Below are positions 1 to 9,007 of a DNA stretch of 12,282 nucleotides, in pieces. The position numbers were made by a program, and so were the translations under genes. Below the pieces are notes generated by a model, which saw only the letters and a list, made by a program, of their open reading frames with translations, had not been told where the DNA came from and did not search any database. Positions within the stretch are counted from its first letter, which is position 1; each line of letters opens with the position of its first letter. Source of the stretch: Octopus sinensis (Eukaryota); contig NW_021826684.1 of assembly GCF_006345805.1 (NCBI RefSeq), forward strand, positions 1 through 12,282. The letters are read 5' to 3'.

Positions 1-86
1 CAAGGCTTTGATTGGCCCAAGGTTATAGTAGAAGACACTTGCCCAAGGTGCCATGCAGTGGGACTTACCACATAGCCATGCCTGCA

Positions 87-88
<2 letters not shown>
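1..88 (-). mobile_element. SINE-A 5' half (tRNA-derived head), runs off the window; carries a 35-bp internal deletion removing the B-box
   Basis: The reverse complement reads GGTGCAGGCATGGCTATGTGGTAAGT|CCCACTGCATGGCACCTTGGGCAAGTGTCTTCTACTATAACC. It aligns to the copies at 10474 and 1970 but lacks AGCTTGCTTACCAACCACATGGTTCCGGGTTCAGT. Confidence 0.9.

Positions 89-168
<80 letters not shown>
89..168. repeat. (TA)40 microsatellite
   Basis: Uninterrupted TA dinucleotide run, read directly. Confidence 0.98.
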
Positions 169-170
<2 letters not shown>

Positions 171-171
<1 letters not shown>

Positions 172-335
172 GTACAGGCATAGCTTCATGGTAAGAGGTT
201 TGCTTAGCAACTACATGGTTTCAGGTTCAGTCCCATTGTATGGCATCTCAAGCAAATGATTCTACCAGAGCACCAGGCTGACCAAAGCCTTCTGAGTGAA
301 TCTGGTAGATGGATACTGAAAGAAGCCTATCATAT
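171..335 (+). mobile_element. SINE-A 5' half, diverged
   Basis: GGTACAGGCATAGCTTCATGGTAAG...GGTTCAGTCCCATTG...GACCAAAGCCTTCTGAGTGAATCTGGTAGATGGATACTGAAAGAAGCC matches the 5' half of the other copies. It ends where the central microsatellite normally lies. Confidence 0.85.
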
Positions 336-338
336 ACA

Positions 339-427
339 CTGATTTGGCAAGGTTTCTACAGCTGGATGTCCTTCCTAACACCAACCACTCCAAGAGTGTA
401 GTGGGTGCCTTTTACTTGCCACTGGCA
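339..427 (-). mobile_element. Element B fragment (RTE-like 3' region)
   Basis: The reverse complement ...GGAGTGGTTGGTGTTAGGAAGGACATCCAGCTGTAGAAACCTTGCCAAATCAG matches 857-1213, 4767-5015 and 9297-9456. Confidence 0.85.
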
Positions 428-577
428 TATATATATATGTGGAGGCCATCTGTGGCCATATATGCGGTGTCCGCTGAATTTTCCTCTAGAGAACATTCTT
501 TGTAGTTTGATCGTTGGTGATCTATTTCTAGCATACAGCCGACTACCTAGTGGTCTTGCCCTTTGAATATACACATG

Positions 578-581
<4 letters not shown>

Positions 582-623
<42 letters not shown>
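582..623. repeat. (TA)n microsatellite
   Basis: TA run, read directly. Confidence 0.95.
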
Positions 624-626
<3 letters not shown>

Positions 627-856
627 CAAAATAAGCAACAGGATACCCAGAGGTAATGCAGTACGGTCATTTCAAGCAACTCCATTTAATTGAACAACGC
701 AATCATTACATCAATTTAGATGCAGAGCAATCCTCAGCTGCATAAAGACACAGAATTAAATTAAATTAAAATAGATGGACACATTAGTCTAGTTTTATCT
801 AAAACCTCCAAGAAGGTAAGGAGATAGACAAAGAACATGCTGTCTTCATTTCAGCT
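624..856 (-). mobile_element. Putative non-autonomous Penelope-like repeat fragment carrying a hammerhead-like motif
   Basis: It contains an HHR-like motif (656-743). The minus-strand 3' end is ...GCTTATTTTGATTT abutting (TA)n, like the end of 8458-8817. It is bounded on the other side by element B, so the boundaries are approximate. Confidence 0.4.
656..743 (-). ncRNA. Type-I hammerhead ribozyme-like motif with long helix-II domain
   Basis: Minus strand: AUGCAG-CUGAGGA-[57 nt]-GAAAU-GACC-GU-A-CUGCAU. Helix I has 6 bp (AUGCAG/CUGCAU), the CUGANGA core is canonical, and GAAA and a GUA triplet are present. Helix II closure is non-canonical. Confidence 0.5.
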
Positions 857-1213
857 TCATCGTCGTCGTTTAGCGTCCAATTTCCATGCTGGCATGGGTT
901 GGACGGTGCAACTGGGGTCTGGGAAGCCAGAAGGCTGCACCAGACCCAGTCTGATCTGGCAATGTTTCTACGGCTGGATGCCCTTCCTAACGCCAACCAC
1001 TCCATGAGTGTAGCTGGTGTTTTTTACGCGCCACCGGCACAGGTGCCAGACGAGGCTGGCAAACGGCCACGATCAGATGGTACTTTTTACGTGCCACCGA
1101 CACGGAAGCCAGTCGGGGCGGCGCTGGCAACGGCCATGTTCGGATGGTTCTCTTATGTGCCACCAGCACTGGTATCGCAGCTACAATTTCCATTGATGTT
1201 GATCGATTTTGAT
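857..1213 (-). mobile_element. Element B: retroposon 3' region with (GAC/GAT)n tail and three internal 63-67-bp tandem units
   Basis: The minus strand ends ...CATGGAAATTGGACGCTAAACGACGACGATGA and contains GGCGTTAGGAAGGGCATCCAGC. Tandem units start at 1016, 1079 and 1146. The RTE-clade assignment is from recalled similarity of this tail motif and is not verified. Confidence 0.85.
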
Positions 1214-1570
1214 ATTTAGTGACAATTCAGACAAAATACTTCATACGCCCTCTGTTGGCACACACCAGGCTAACCATATTAGTTAGGTTAGAGAAGAACT
1301 CTGAGTAAACTTTTGGTAGGGTTCCAAGTTATGATTCATCACAATTCTATATTGTAAATCCGTAGATGGCCACCACATAAACTGGTCTTTACAGAGTGAT
1401 ATTTAAGAATCAAGTTAAAAATAATGGTTATTACATATAATTTCTTTATTTGAGCTTATTTGGCTCTCAGCTGTAAGCGAAATTTGCTCTAATAAAGGAA
1501 TTATATGTAATAACCACTATTCTAACACACACACACACATATATATATATATGTAACACACACACATATA

Positions 1571-1970
1571 TTTTTTTTTACTCTTTTACTTGTTCCAGTC
1601 ATTTGACTGTGGCCATGCTGGAGCACCACCTTTACTCGAGCAACTCGACCCCGGGACTTATTCTTTTTTGTAAGCCCAGAACATTCTATCGGTCTCTTTT
1701 GCTGAACCGCTAAGTGACAGGGACATAAACACACCAGCATCGGTTGTCAAGCAATGCTAGGGGGACAAACACAGACACACAAACATACATGCACATACAC
1801 ATATATACGACGGGCTTCTTTTAGTTTCCGTCTACCAAATCCACTCACAAGGCTTTGGTCGGCCCGAGGTTACTGTAGAAGACACTTGGCCAAGGTGCCA
1901 CACAGTGGGACTGAACCCAGAACCATGTGGTTGGTTAACAAGCTACTTACCACACAGCCACTCCTGCGCC
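1571..1970 (-). mobile_element. SINE-A, full length
   Basis: Head GGCGCAGGAGTGGCTGTGTGG (A-box-like TGGCTGTGTGG), B-box-like GGTTCAGTCC, CCTTGGCCAAGTGTCTTC segment, central TA/TG microsatellite, 3' half, and an AGTAAAAGAGTA(A)n tail. Confidence 0.93.
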
Positions 1971-2388
1971 TATATGTACATATGTATGATTTTGTATATA
2001 CACATATACACCTGTGCACCAGTACACGTGATTTTTTTTATTGATATGTAGATATGAGGAAATATACCAATCTGTGTGTATGTATATATATATATATATA
2101 TATATGAATATTTATGTATATATCTGTGCACGGCTGCACACAGTCATATGTGAACATCTTTATGTGCAAGAATATATCCGTACACATTTGTACACAGACC
2201 TGTGTGTTTGTGTGTGTGGGTATATATGTATAGATAAATGTAAATATATAAGTTCTCATATGCACTCACATGTATGTATACATACGTATATAGATAGATA
2301 GATAGATAGATCTAGGCATACACGTGCATATGTGCTGTTGTGCAGATATAGATATATGTATATGTGCATGTGTGTATATGTGTGCGTG

Positions 2389-2862
2389 AGAGAGAGAGAA
2401 TGTGTATATACAAGAGAGTATGTGTATATATGAGAGAATATGTGTATATACAAAGAGTATGTGTATATATGAGATAGTATGTGTATATACAAGAGAGTAT
2501 GTATATATATGAGAGAGAATGTGCATATACAAGAGAGTATGTATATATATTAGAGAGTATGTTTATATACAAGAGTATATATATATATGAGAGAGTATGT
2601 GTATATACAAGAGAGTATGTATATATATGAGAGAGTATGTGTATATACAAGGAATATGTATATATATGAGAGAATATGTGTATATACAAGAGAGTATGTA
2701 TATATATGAGAGAGTATGTGTATATACAAGGAATATGTATATATATGAGAGAGTATGTGTATATACAAGAGAGTATGTATATATATGAGAGAGTATGTAT
2801 ATATATATGAGAAATTATGTGTATATACAAGAGAGTATGTATATGAGAGAGTATGTGTATAT
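2389..2862. repeat. Minisatellite of alternating ~20-bp monomers (~40-bp higher-order unit)
   Basis: GAGAGTATGTGTATATACAA alternates with GAGAGTATGTATATATATGA, giving about 11 dimers. Confidence 0.92.
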
Positions 2863-3865
2863 AGCCTTCTATACATACAAGGCTACAATAAAGTAAATGG
2901 ACGCACAGATGGAAGTAATTGTATAGAAATCCATGACATGCCTCATAAAGCAGGCATTTCTTCATCATCAAGACAATTTTTCAAGAAGATACTTTTTTTT
3001 TTTATTATTGCAGCACTAAATCTATACTTTATTATTATTATTATTTGTAGTTCTTCATTTTGTTTTTCCCAGTTTCTCAAAGACTTTCTAAAACAGTTCT
3101 ATCCAGTGATGATGGTTGTCGTTGTGGGGGGTGGGGTGAAGCGAATGAGAGATACTTCTCCAGTCAGTTATTTATCGCTAAATGGGGAATCTGTGATGAT
3201 TGCGTCAGTTTAAAATTATATTTTTATCGAGATTTTTCACGAATTTTTTTTAGGGGTTTTTTTTTTGGCTATCATGTATTTGAGTTTTTTAATGGATTTA
3301 TAAAAGGGTTTTGTTTATTTGTTATTACACTTTGTTTTGTCTCTAAATAATGTTTATTTATTTATTTAGAAAAAGAAAATAAAACAACAAAACCAAAATA
3401 AATAAATAAATAAATACATGGTTACTAGGAAAAAAAAGAAAGAACTCTTTCCAACAAAACCCTACTATGTACGCGATAGCTCTTTTACAGTCGTCGTAGT
3501 TCCAAGAAATGGTTTTCCTCTTTTTTCATCCCCATCCCTCTATAATCCAAACCCGTACCAACATATTCACCGCACCCGGCGTCATCACAGCATCCCCTAC
3601 TACTTTATAAGCTGAGATGAATGAGGAATCTGTTACTTTTTCATCAAAAGACTTTTATTATACAGGAATTCTGCAATCATGAAGATTAAGATCAGTAGAA
3701 GCAGCGTAAAACAAGATTTTTATATAAATGTGTTAAATGGATGAGTGTGTGTATATTTGTGTTTAGGCGTGAGAGCATATATAATAATGTACATATATGC
3801 ACACACACTTTATAATATATCTAATAATCATGTACATGTGCACACGTGTATGGTGTATACACATA

Positions 3866-4046
3866 AATATAAAATATATATATTTAGATATATATATAAT
3901 ATATAATATATAATATATTATGTATATATAAATATGTATATATATAAATATGTATATATATAAATATATATATAAATATATATATATATATAAATATGTA
4001 TATATAAAATATAGATATATATATATAAATAGTATATATAGAATAG

Positions 4047-4078
<32 letters not shown>

Positions 4079-4528
4079 AATATATATGATATAAAATGTA
4101 TATATAAAATATAATAGAGATATAAATATGTATATAGAAATATGTAATATAAATATATATATATATATAAATATGTATATATAAATATGTATATAAAAAA
4201 TATATATATATAAATATGTATATAAAAATATGATAATATATATATATATATTAATATTATGTATATATAAATATGTATAAGATAAATATGTATATATATA
4301 AATATATATATAAATTATATAGATATATATATAAATATGTAATATAAAATTATATATATATATATAAAAAATATATATATAAATGTATATATAAATATAG
4401 ATATATATATATATAAATATATATATATAAATATGTATATATAAATATATATTATATATATAAATATGTATAGTAAATAGTATATAAAAAATATATATAT
4501 AAATATGTATATAAAAATATGTATATAT

Positions 4529-4565
<37 letters not shown>
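3866..4565. repeat. Degenerate AT-rich low-complexity tract (TATATAAA / TATGTA units)
   Basis: Almost purely A/T with recurring ATATAAATATGT-like units. Confidence 0.92.
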
Positions 4566-4718
4566 GCATGTACATATATTATGTGTGTGGTATATAAACA
4601 GATACACACACACATATTCTTACACATAATACATATGTGTGTATATACTAACAAGCATATACACAATCTTAAGCATAATATATATATGTATGTATGTGTG
4701 TATATATATGTATATATA

Positions 4719-4758
<40 letters not shown>

Positions 4759-4766
4759 CATATATA

Positions 4767-5015
4767 TCATCATCATCACTTAACATCTGCGTTCCAAGCT
4801 TGCATAGTTTGGACGGTTTGACTAAGGCCTGATGGGCCAGAAGATTGCGCCAAGCACAATCTGATCTGGTAAAGTTTCTACAGCTGGATGCCCTTCCTAA
4901 CGCCAACCATTCTGAGAGTGTAGTGAATGTTTTTATATGCCACTGGCATGAGGGTCAGTCAGGCAGTTCTGGCAACGACCACACTCAAAAGGTGTTTTTT
5001 ACATGCTACCTGCAC
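4767..5015 (-). mobile_element. Element B copy with (GAT)n tail
   Basis: The plus strand begins TCATCATCATCA, contains GCTGGATGCCCTTCCTAACGCCAACCA, and has two degenerate internal units. The 5' end is approximate. Confidence 0.85.
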
Positions 5016-5019
5016 GTGT

Positions 5020-5053
5020 AGCAACCCTCTTACTATGAAGCCATGCCTATACC
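5020..5053 (-). mobile_element. Isolated SINE-A head remnant
   Basis: The reverse complement GGTATAGGCATGGCTTCATAGTAAGAGGGTTGCT matches the head at 171 (GGTACAGGCATAGCTTCATGGTAAGAGGTTTGCT). Confidence 0.65.
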
Positions 5054-5075
5054 TATATATATATATATATATATA

Positions 5076-5453
5076 AGTGCAGGATTGGCTATGTGGTAAG
5101 TAGCTTGCTTACCAACCACATGGTTCCAAGTTCAGTCCTACTGCGTGGCACCTTGGGCAAGTGTCTTCTACTATAGCCTTGAGCCAACCAAAGCTTTGTG
5201 AGTGGATTTGGTAGACGGAAACTGAAAGAAGCCCATCATATATGTGTGTGTGTGTGTGTGTGTTCCCCCACCATTGCTTGACAACCAATGTTGGTGTGTT
5301 TACATCCCCGTAACTTAGTGGCTTACCAAAGAGACCAATGGAATACATACTAAGCTTACAAAGAATAAGTACTGGTGTCGATTTGTTCGATTAATGGCGG
5401 TGCTCTAGCATGGCCACAATCAAATGACTGAAACAAATAAAAGAATAAAAGAA
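5076..5453 (+). mobile_element. SINE-A, full length
   Basis: Head AGTGCAGGATTGGCTATGTGG, GTTCAGTCC, CCTTGGGCAAGTGTCTTCTAC, central (TG)n, 3' half, and an AATAAAAGAATAAAAGAA tail. Confidence 0.92.
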
Positions 5454-5615
5454 CATAAATAGGAAATAATGGCATGACAAGGTACCAATTTTTGCTGGAA
5501 ATAGCAATCAATAACCATTCAAATTTATGGTGCTTTATTTAACTGGAAAATAGTATTATTGTACTGTAATATTTATGTGTGTATATATATTATACATATA
5601 TATATATATATATAT

Positions 5616-5822
5616 GTAGTTAATCCAAACAAGAAAGCACAAAAAAAAACACAACAAAGCGAGGACGTGGAACAAATATAGTATTATTGGACGCTCAGGA
5701 AAGAAGGAAAGAAGGAGGGTTTAACGTTTCGAGCGGAGCTCTTCGTCGGAAACTTAGGAGAAGGAAAGATCCAGAGAAGGGAAGACAGAGGAAAACAAAT
5801 CGCCAACGGTACACACGAGGTC
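5616..5822 (-). mobile_element. Putative non-autonomous Penelope-like repeat (pseudo-LTR-like fragment) between TA tracts
   Basis: It is ~207 bp, flanked on both sides by TA tracts, and contains a minimal HHR motif. Its architecture resembles 9463-9665 (GTATTA...CTCAGGAA directly beside the motif). The PLE assignment is inferred from the HHR type. Confidence 0.55.
5719..5753 (-). ncRNA. Minimal type-I hammerhead ribozyme-like motif (palindromic helix III)
   Basis: Minus strand: GUUU-CCGACGA-A-GAGC-UCC-GCUC-GAAAC-GUU-AAAC. Helix I is GUUU/AAAC, helix II is GAGC/GCUC, and helix III is the ACGU palindrome. The core has U4C and one extra A after A9. Confidence 0.65.
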
Positions 5823-5861
5823 ATATATATATATATATGTATATATAGACATATATATATA

Positions 5862-6325
5862 ATCCCATAAATAATGCAGTTTTTTCAATTGCATGAATTA
5901 AAAGTTGGAGAGGGACAGGATAAACTACCTACATGAATTTGCTATAAATGCAGGTAGTGATGTTACCTTGTACTTATTCTTAGTGCAAGTTTTGAAGAGG
6001 GTGGTTCGATTTTAACAGCTATTTTTTAAAAGCTATAATGGAAGTGACAAAGGAGCATATTCGGTAGATTTTGCAACAATAGAAAGTGCAAGGAATATTA
6101 ATGCAGTGTATGGGGATCAAACAATAAGCATAACCCAGTGTCAATGGTGGTTCCAGAAATTCCAAGCCAGAAACTTACAGCCTAGAAGATGAGCCTCCTC
6201 CTGGAAGATCTGCAGAGCTCGACAAGGACGTCCTGCAAATCTTGGCAGAAAAAAGCCCCATCGTAAGTGTTTAGGAACCAGCAGAGAAGCTTGGGTTTGG
6301 TCATTCAACCATTCATCAATACCTG
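5862..6325 (+). mobile_element. Mariner DNA transposon, 5' portion (decayed, 3'-truncated)
   Basis: A TIR-like start ATCCCATAAATAATGCAGTTTTT follows a TA tract, then a ~175-bp leader and a mariner transposase N-terminus. Confidence 0.85.
6038..6325 (+). pseudogene. Mariner transposase N-terminal bipartite HTH region, pseudogene
   Basis: Manual translation across a deletion and a frameshift gives MEVTKEHIR*IL / ESARNINAVYGDQTISITQCQWWFQKFQARN / YSLEDEPPPGRSAELDKDVLQILAEKSPIVSV*EPAEKLGFGHSTIHQYL. This matches the mariner-family pattern WF.KF..G...LEDEPR.GR, with in-frame stops. Confidence 0.9.
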
Positions 6326-6589
6326 AGCTAGAGGAAAAACAACCATCTTTGGTTTCCAGCTCAACAAAACATACATGCATGTGTGTGCGTTCATGCATGT
6401 GTGCATGTGTGTGCGTGTATTCTTACTTTGTTTCTTGGTTCATTTTTTACTGGCTTCAGTCTCTCAGTTGTATTAAAAATAAGCATGCAACCTGTATATG
6501 CTACACACACCACATATAACTGAAGAATATTGGCTGTGTCTGTATATACATACATATATACATATGTGAGTGTGTGTGTCTGTTATACT

Positions 6590-7563
6590 TAATATATATT
6601 ATATATCTTTTATATATACACTATATATATATACGTATTACATATAATATAAAATTGATAAATATATATATATATACATAAACTAAAATCATATATATAT
6701 ATAATCTTTATATAGATTATGTAATATATATATATATATTACATATAATATAAAATCATATATACATATAATCTTTATATATATTAAGTAATATATATAT
6801 TACATATAATATAAAATTGATAAATAGATATTTATATATACATAATATAAAATCATATATATATATAATCTTTATATATATTACGTAATATATATATATA
6901 TTACATATAATAGAAAATTAATAAATATATATTTATATATACATAAAATAAAATCATATATATATATAATCTTTATATATATTATGTAATATATATATAT
7001 TACATATAATATAAAATTGATAAATATATGTATATATATACATAATATACAATTATATATATATATCTTTTATATATTATATAATACATATTACATATAA
7101 TATAAAATTGATAAATATATAATAATATATATATACATAATATATATATATTAATCTTATATATTATAATATTATATATTATATAATACAAATTGATAAA
7201 TATATGTATAATATATACTATAACATATATATATATAATCTATATATATATATACATATTACATATAATATATATAATATATGTATATATATACATAATA
7301 TAATTATATATATTATATAATATATTAATATAATATAAAATTGATAAATATATATATATATATATATATAATACATAAATCATATATATAATCTTTATAT
7401 ATATTATGTATATATATAATTATGTAGATATAAATTGTATAAATATATGTATATATATAGATATAATATAAATATATATATATATAATCTATATATATAT
7501 ATATATACATTAACTATATATAAAATTGTAAATAAATATATATTATATATATATATATATATC

Positions 7564-7601
<38 letters not shown>

Positions 7602-7610
7602 TATATGTAT
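6590..7610. repeat. AT-rich minisatellite with ~100-bp period, decaying into (TA)n
   Basis: TTACATATAATA(T/G)AAAAT recurs at 6638, 6739, 6800, 6901, 7000 and 7091, together with ATAATCTTTATATA blocks. Confidence 0.85.
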
Positions 7611-8177
7611 GTACAGAGAGAAGTGCGATAAGGTTTTTCCATTTATAATAAACTCATAGACGCAACCAGTGAACTCTAAAGCTGAGTCTAATATCAATGT
7701 GTGTGTACCAACTGGAAGCTTGTTTATTTGCTTTTGTTGTTTTTCATTTTTGCTTCATTTTTATTTTGCATTTCTCTTGTTTTAGTTTTGTTTTTTTTTT
7801 GTTTTCCCCTCTTGTCATTGTTGTTGCCGCTGTTCTTACTGTTTATTTCTGTTTTGTTGTAGTTATTATTTTTCACATAAAAGCCTGTCCCCCCCCGCAC
7901 TGTATGTTGTGGGGGGGGGGGGAAGAAATAGACATTAATGAAAATTAAAATGCTATTTTATATATATACCTAAACTTTTACTTGTGACAAAGCAAATACA
8001 ACGCAGTACTTGTTGTTGTTGTTGTGGTGGTGGTTGTGGAGGAGGAGTTGGTTGTTTTGCCCCAGGTCAGGCACGACACAAATAGTTCTATGATCAAAAA
8101 TGTAGACTCAAATTTTTTTTTCCCTATTTTTTGGGCAGTGCTTTATTTTATCAACTTCTCTCCTATTATCCCGACAT

Positions 8178-8185
8178 AGAGAGAG

Positions 8186-8218
<33 letters not shown>
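8178..8218. repeat. (GA)n(CA)n compound microsatellite
   Basis: Read directly. Confidence 0.9.
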
Positions 8219-8223
<5 letters not shown>

Positions 8224-8421
8224 AGTTGCTGAAAAGTTTCTGGCCCTGAGTAAATGAAAATACAGGAGGATCAGTTACTATTTTATTCAACATATTCCCC
8301 TCTCAAATCCATGCACTTTTTGCAGCAGTCCTTCAGTTTTTCTAAGCACTATATTGTGAAAGGACTCAAAGCAAGCCTTTCACAATACCCTTAAAGCAAG
8401 GAACTTTTCAGCACTCCCTTG
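8219..8421 (-). mobile_element. Mariner internal-deletion derivative / MITE (203 bp)
   Basis: Imperfect ~29-bp TIRs: CGAGGAGTTGCTGAAAAGTTTCTGGC versus the right-end reverse complement CAAGGGAGTGCTGAAAAGTTCCTTGC, with TGCTGAAAAGTT identical. It retains the transposase C-terminus. The TA target duplication is degenerate. Confidence 0.85.
8283..8345 (-). pseudogene. Mariner transposase C-terminal remnant
   Basis: Minus strand translates LEKLKDCCKKCMDLRGEYVE*, matching the mariner C-terminal motif RW.KC...GEY.E*. Confidence 0.85.
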
Positions 8422-8425
8422 TTTG

Positions 8426-8457
<32 letters not shown>

Positions 8458-8461
<4 letters not shown>

Positions 8462-8817
8462 AAGAAAATGGAGAAATACACCTTAATCAATAATCAATTA
8501 CCTGATAATAGCCATTCACATTTATAACCACATATTAACTTATCACACCTGGCTAATATGAGCATAATGAGATACTCATATCTACATGGCTGAAACAGCT
8601 GTAAGATAAAGTTTATATTTATTTATATTTATTTATACATATTGTACTTATTGTATCATATTACTCATTGATGTGCACTGTTTTGTTCTGTACTATTATA
8701 TATTGCTATTATGTTTGACCTTGATGTTCATATGTAGTTGGTTAATAAATTATGTGATTGGGTATTATCTGGTAGTTGATTATTGATTAAGGTGTATTTC
8801 TCCATTTTCTTATTTTG
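8458..8817 (+). mobile_element. 360-bp element with ~85-bp terminal inverted repeats and TA flanks (MITE-like or Penelope-like with inverted end)
   Basis: TAAGAAAATGGAGAAATACACCTTAATCAATAATCAA (8461-8497) is an exact inverted repeat of 8775-8811. Imperfect similarity extends to about 8539/8726, and TA lies on both sides. Confidence 0.8.
8502..8603 (+). ncRNA. Degenerate hammerhead-like motif with long helix-II insert
   Basis: CUGAUAA-U-AGCCAU-[70 nt]-AUGGCU-GAAAC-AGCU-GU-A. Helix II has 6 bp and helix III is the palindrome ACAGCUGU. The core has G8A, and helix I does not form in this copy. Confidence 0.4.
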
Positions 8818-9007
8818 TATTATAAATTTGTGGTAAAACATTTTACCTTCACCCATATAATACAATAAATGAATTAATTGCATCACAATTCTTAACATTT
8901 ATGTATTAACTTTGTTGGGTGCTTTACTGGCAGTATATTGGATATATGTTATCCCATGATGGGTTGCACTCACAACCCCTATCTCTATTTATATATATAT
9001 ATGAATA

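Noticed and set aside
439-575. Complex segment between TA-rich tracts, possibly another repeat fragment
   Set aside because: It has no second copy in the window and no diagnostic motif, so it cannot be classified from sequence alone.
2389-2862. CRISPR-like array
   Set aside because: There are no unique spacers, and the context is eukaryotic low-complexity tandem repeat.
2865-3720. Exon or 3' UTR of a host gene (non-repetitive, T-rich then A-rich, with AATAAA motifs)
   Set aside because: There is no convincing reading frame or splice-site pair, and AATAAA is expected by chance at this AT content. Transcript data are needed.
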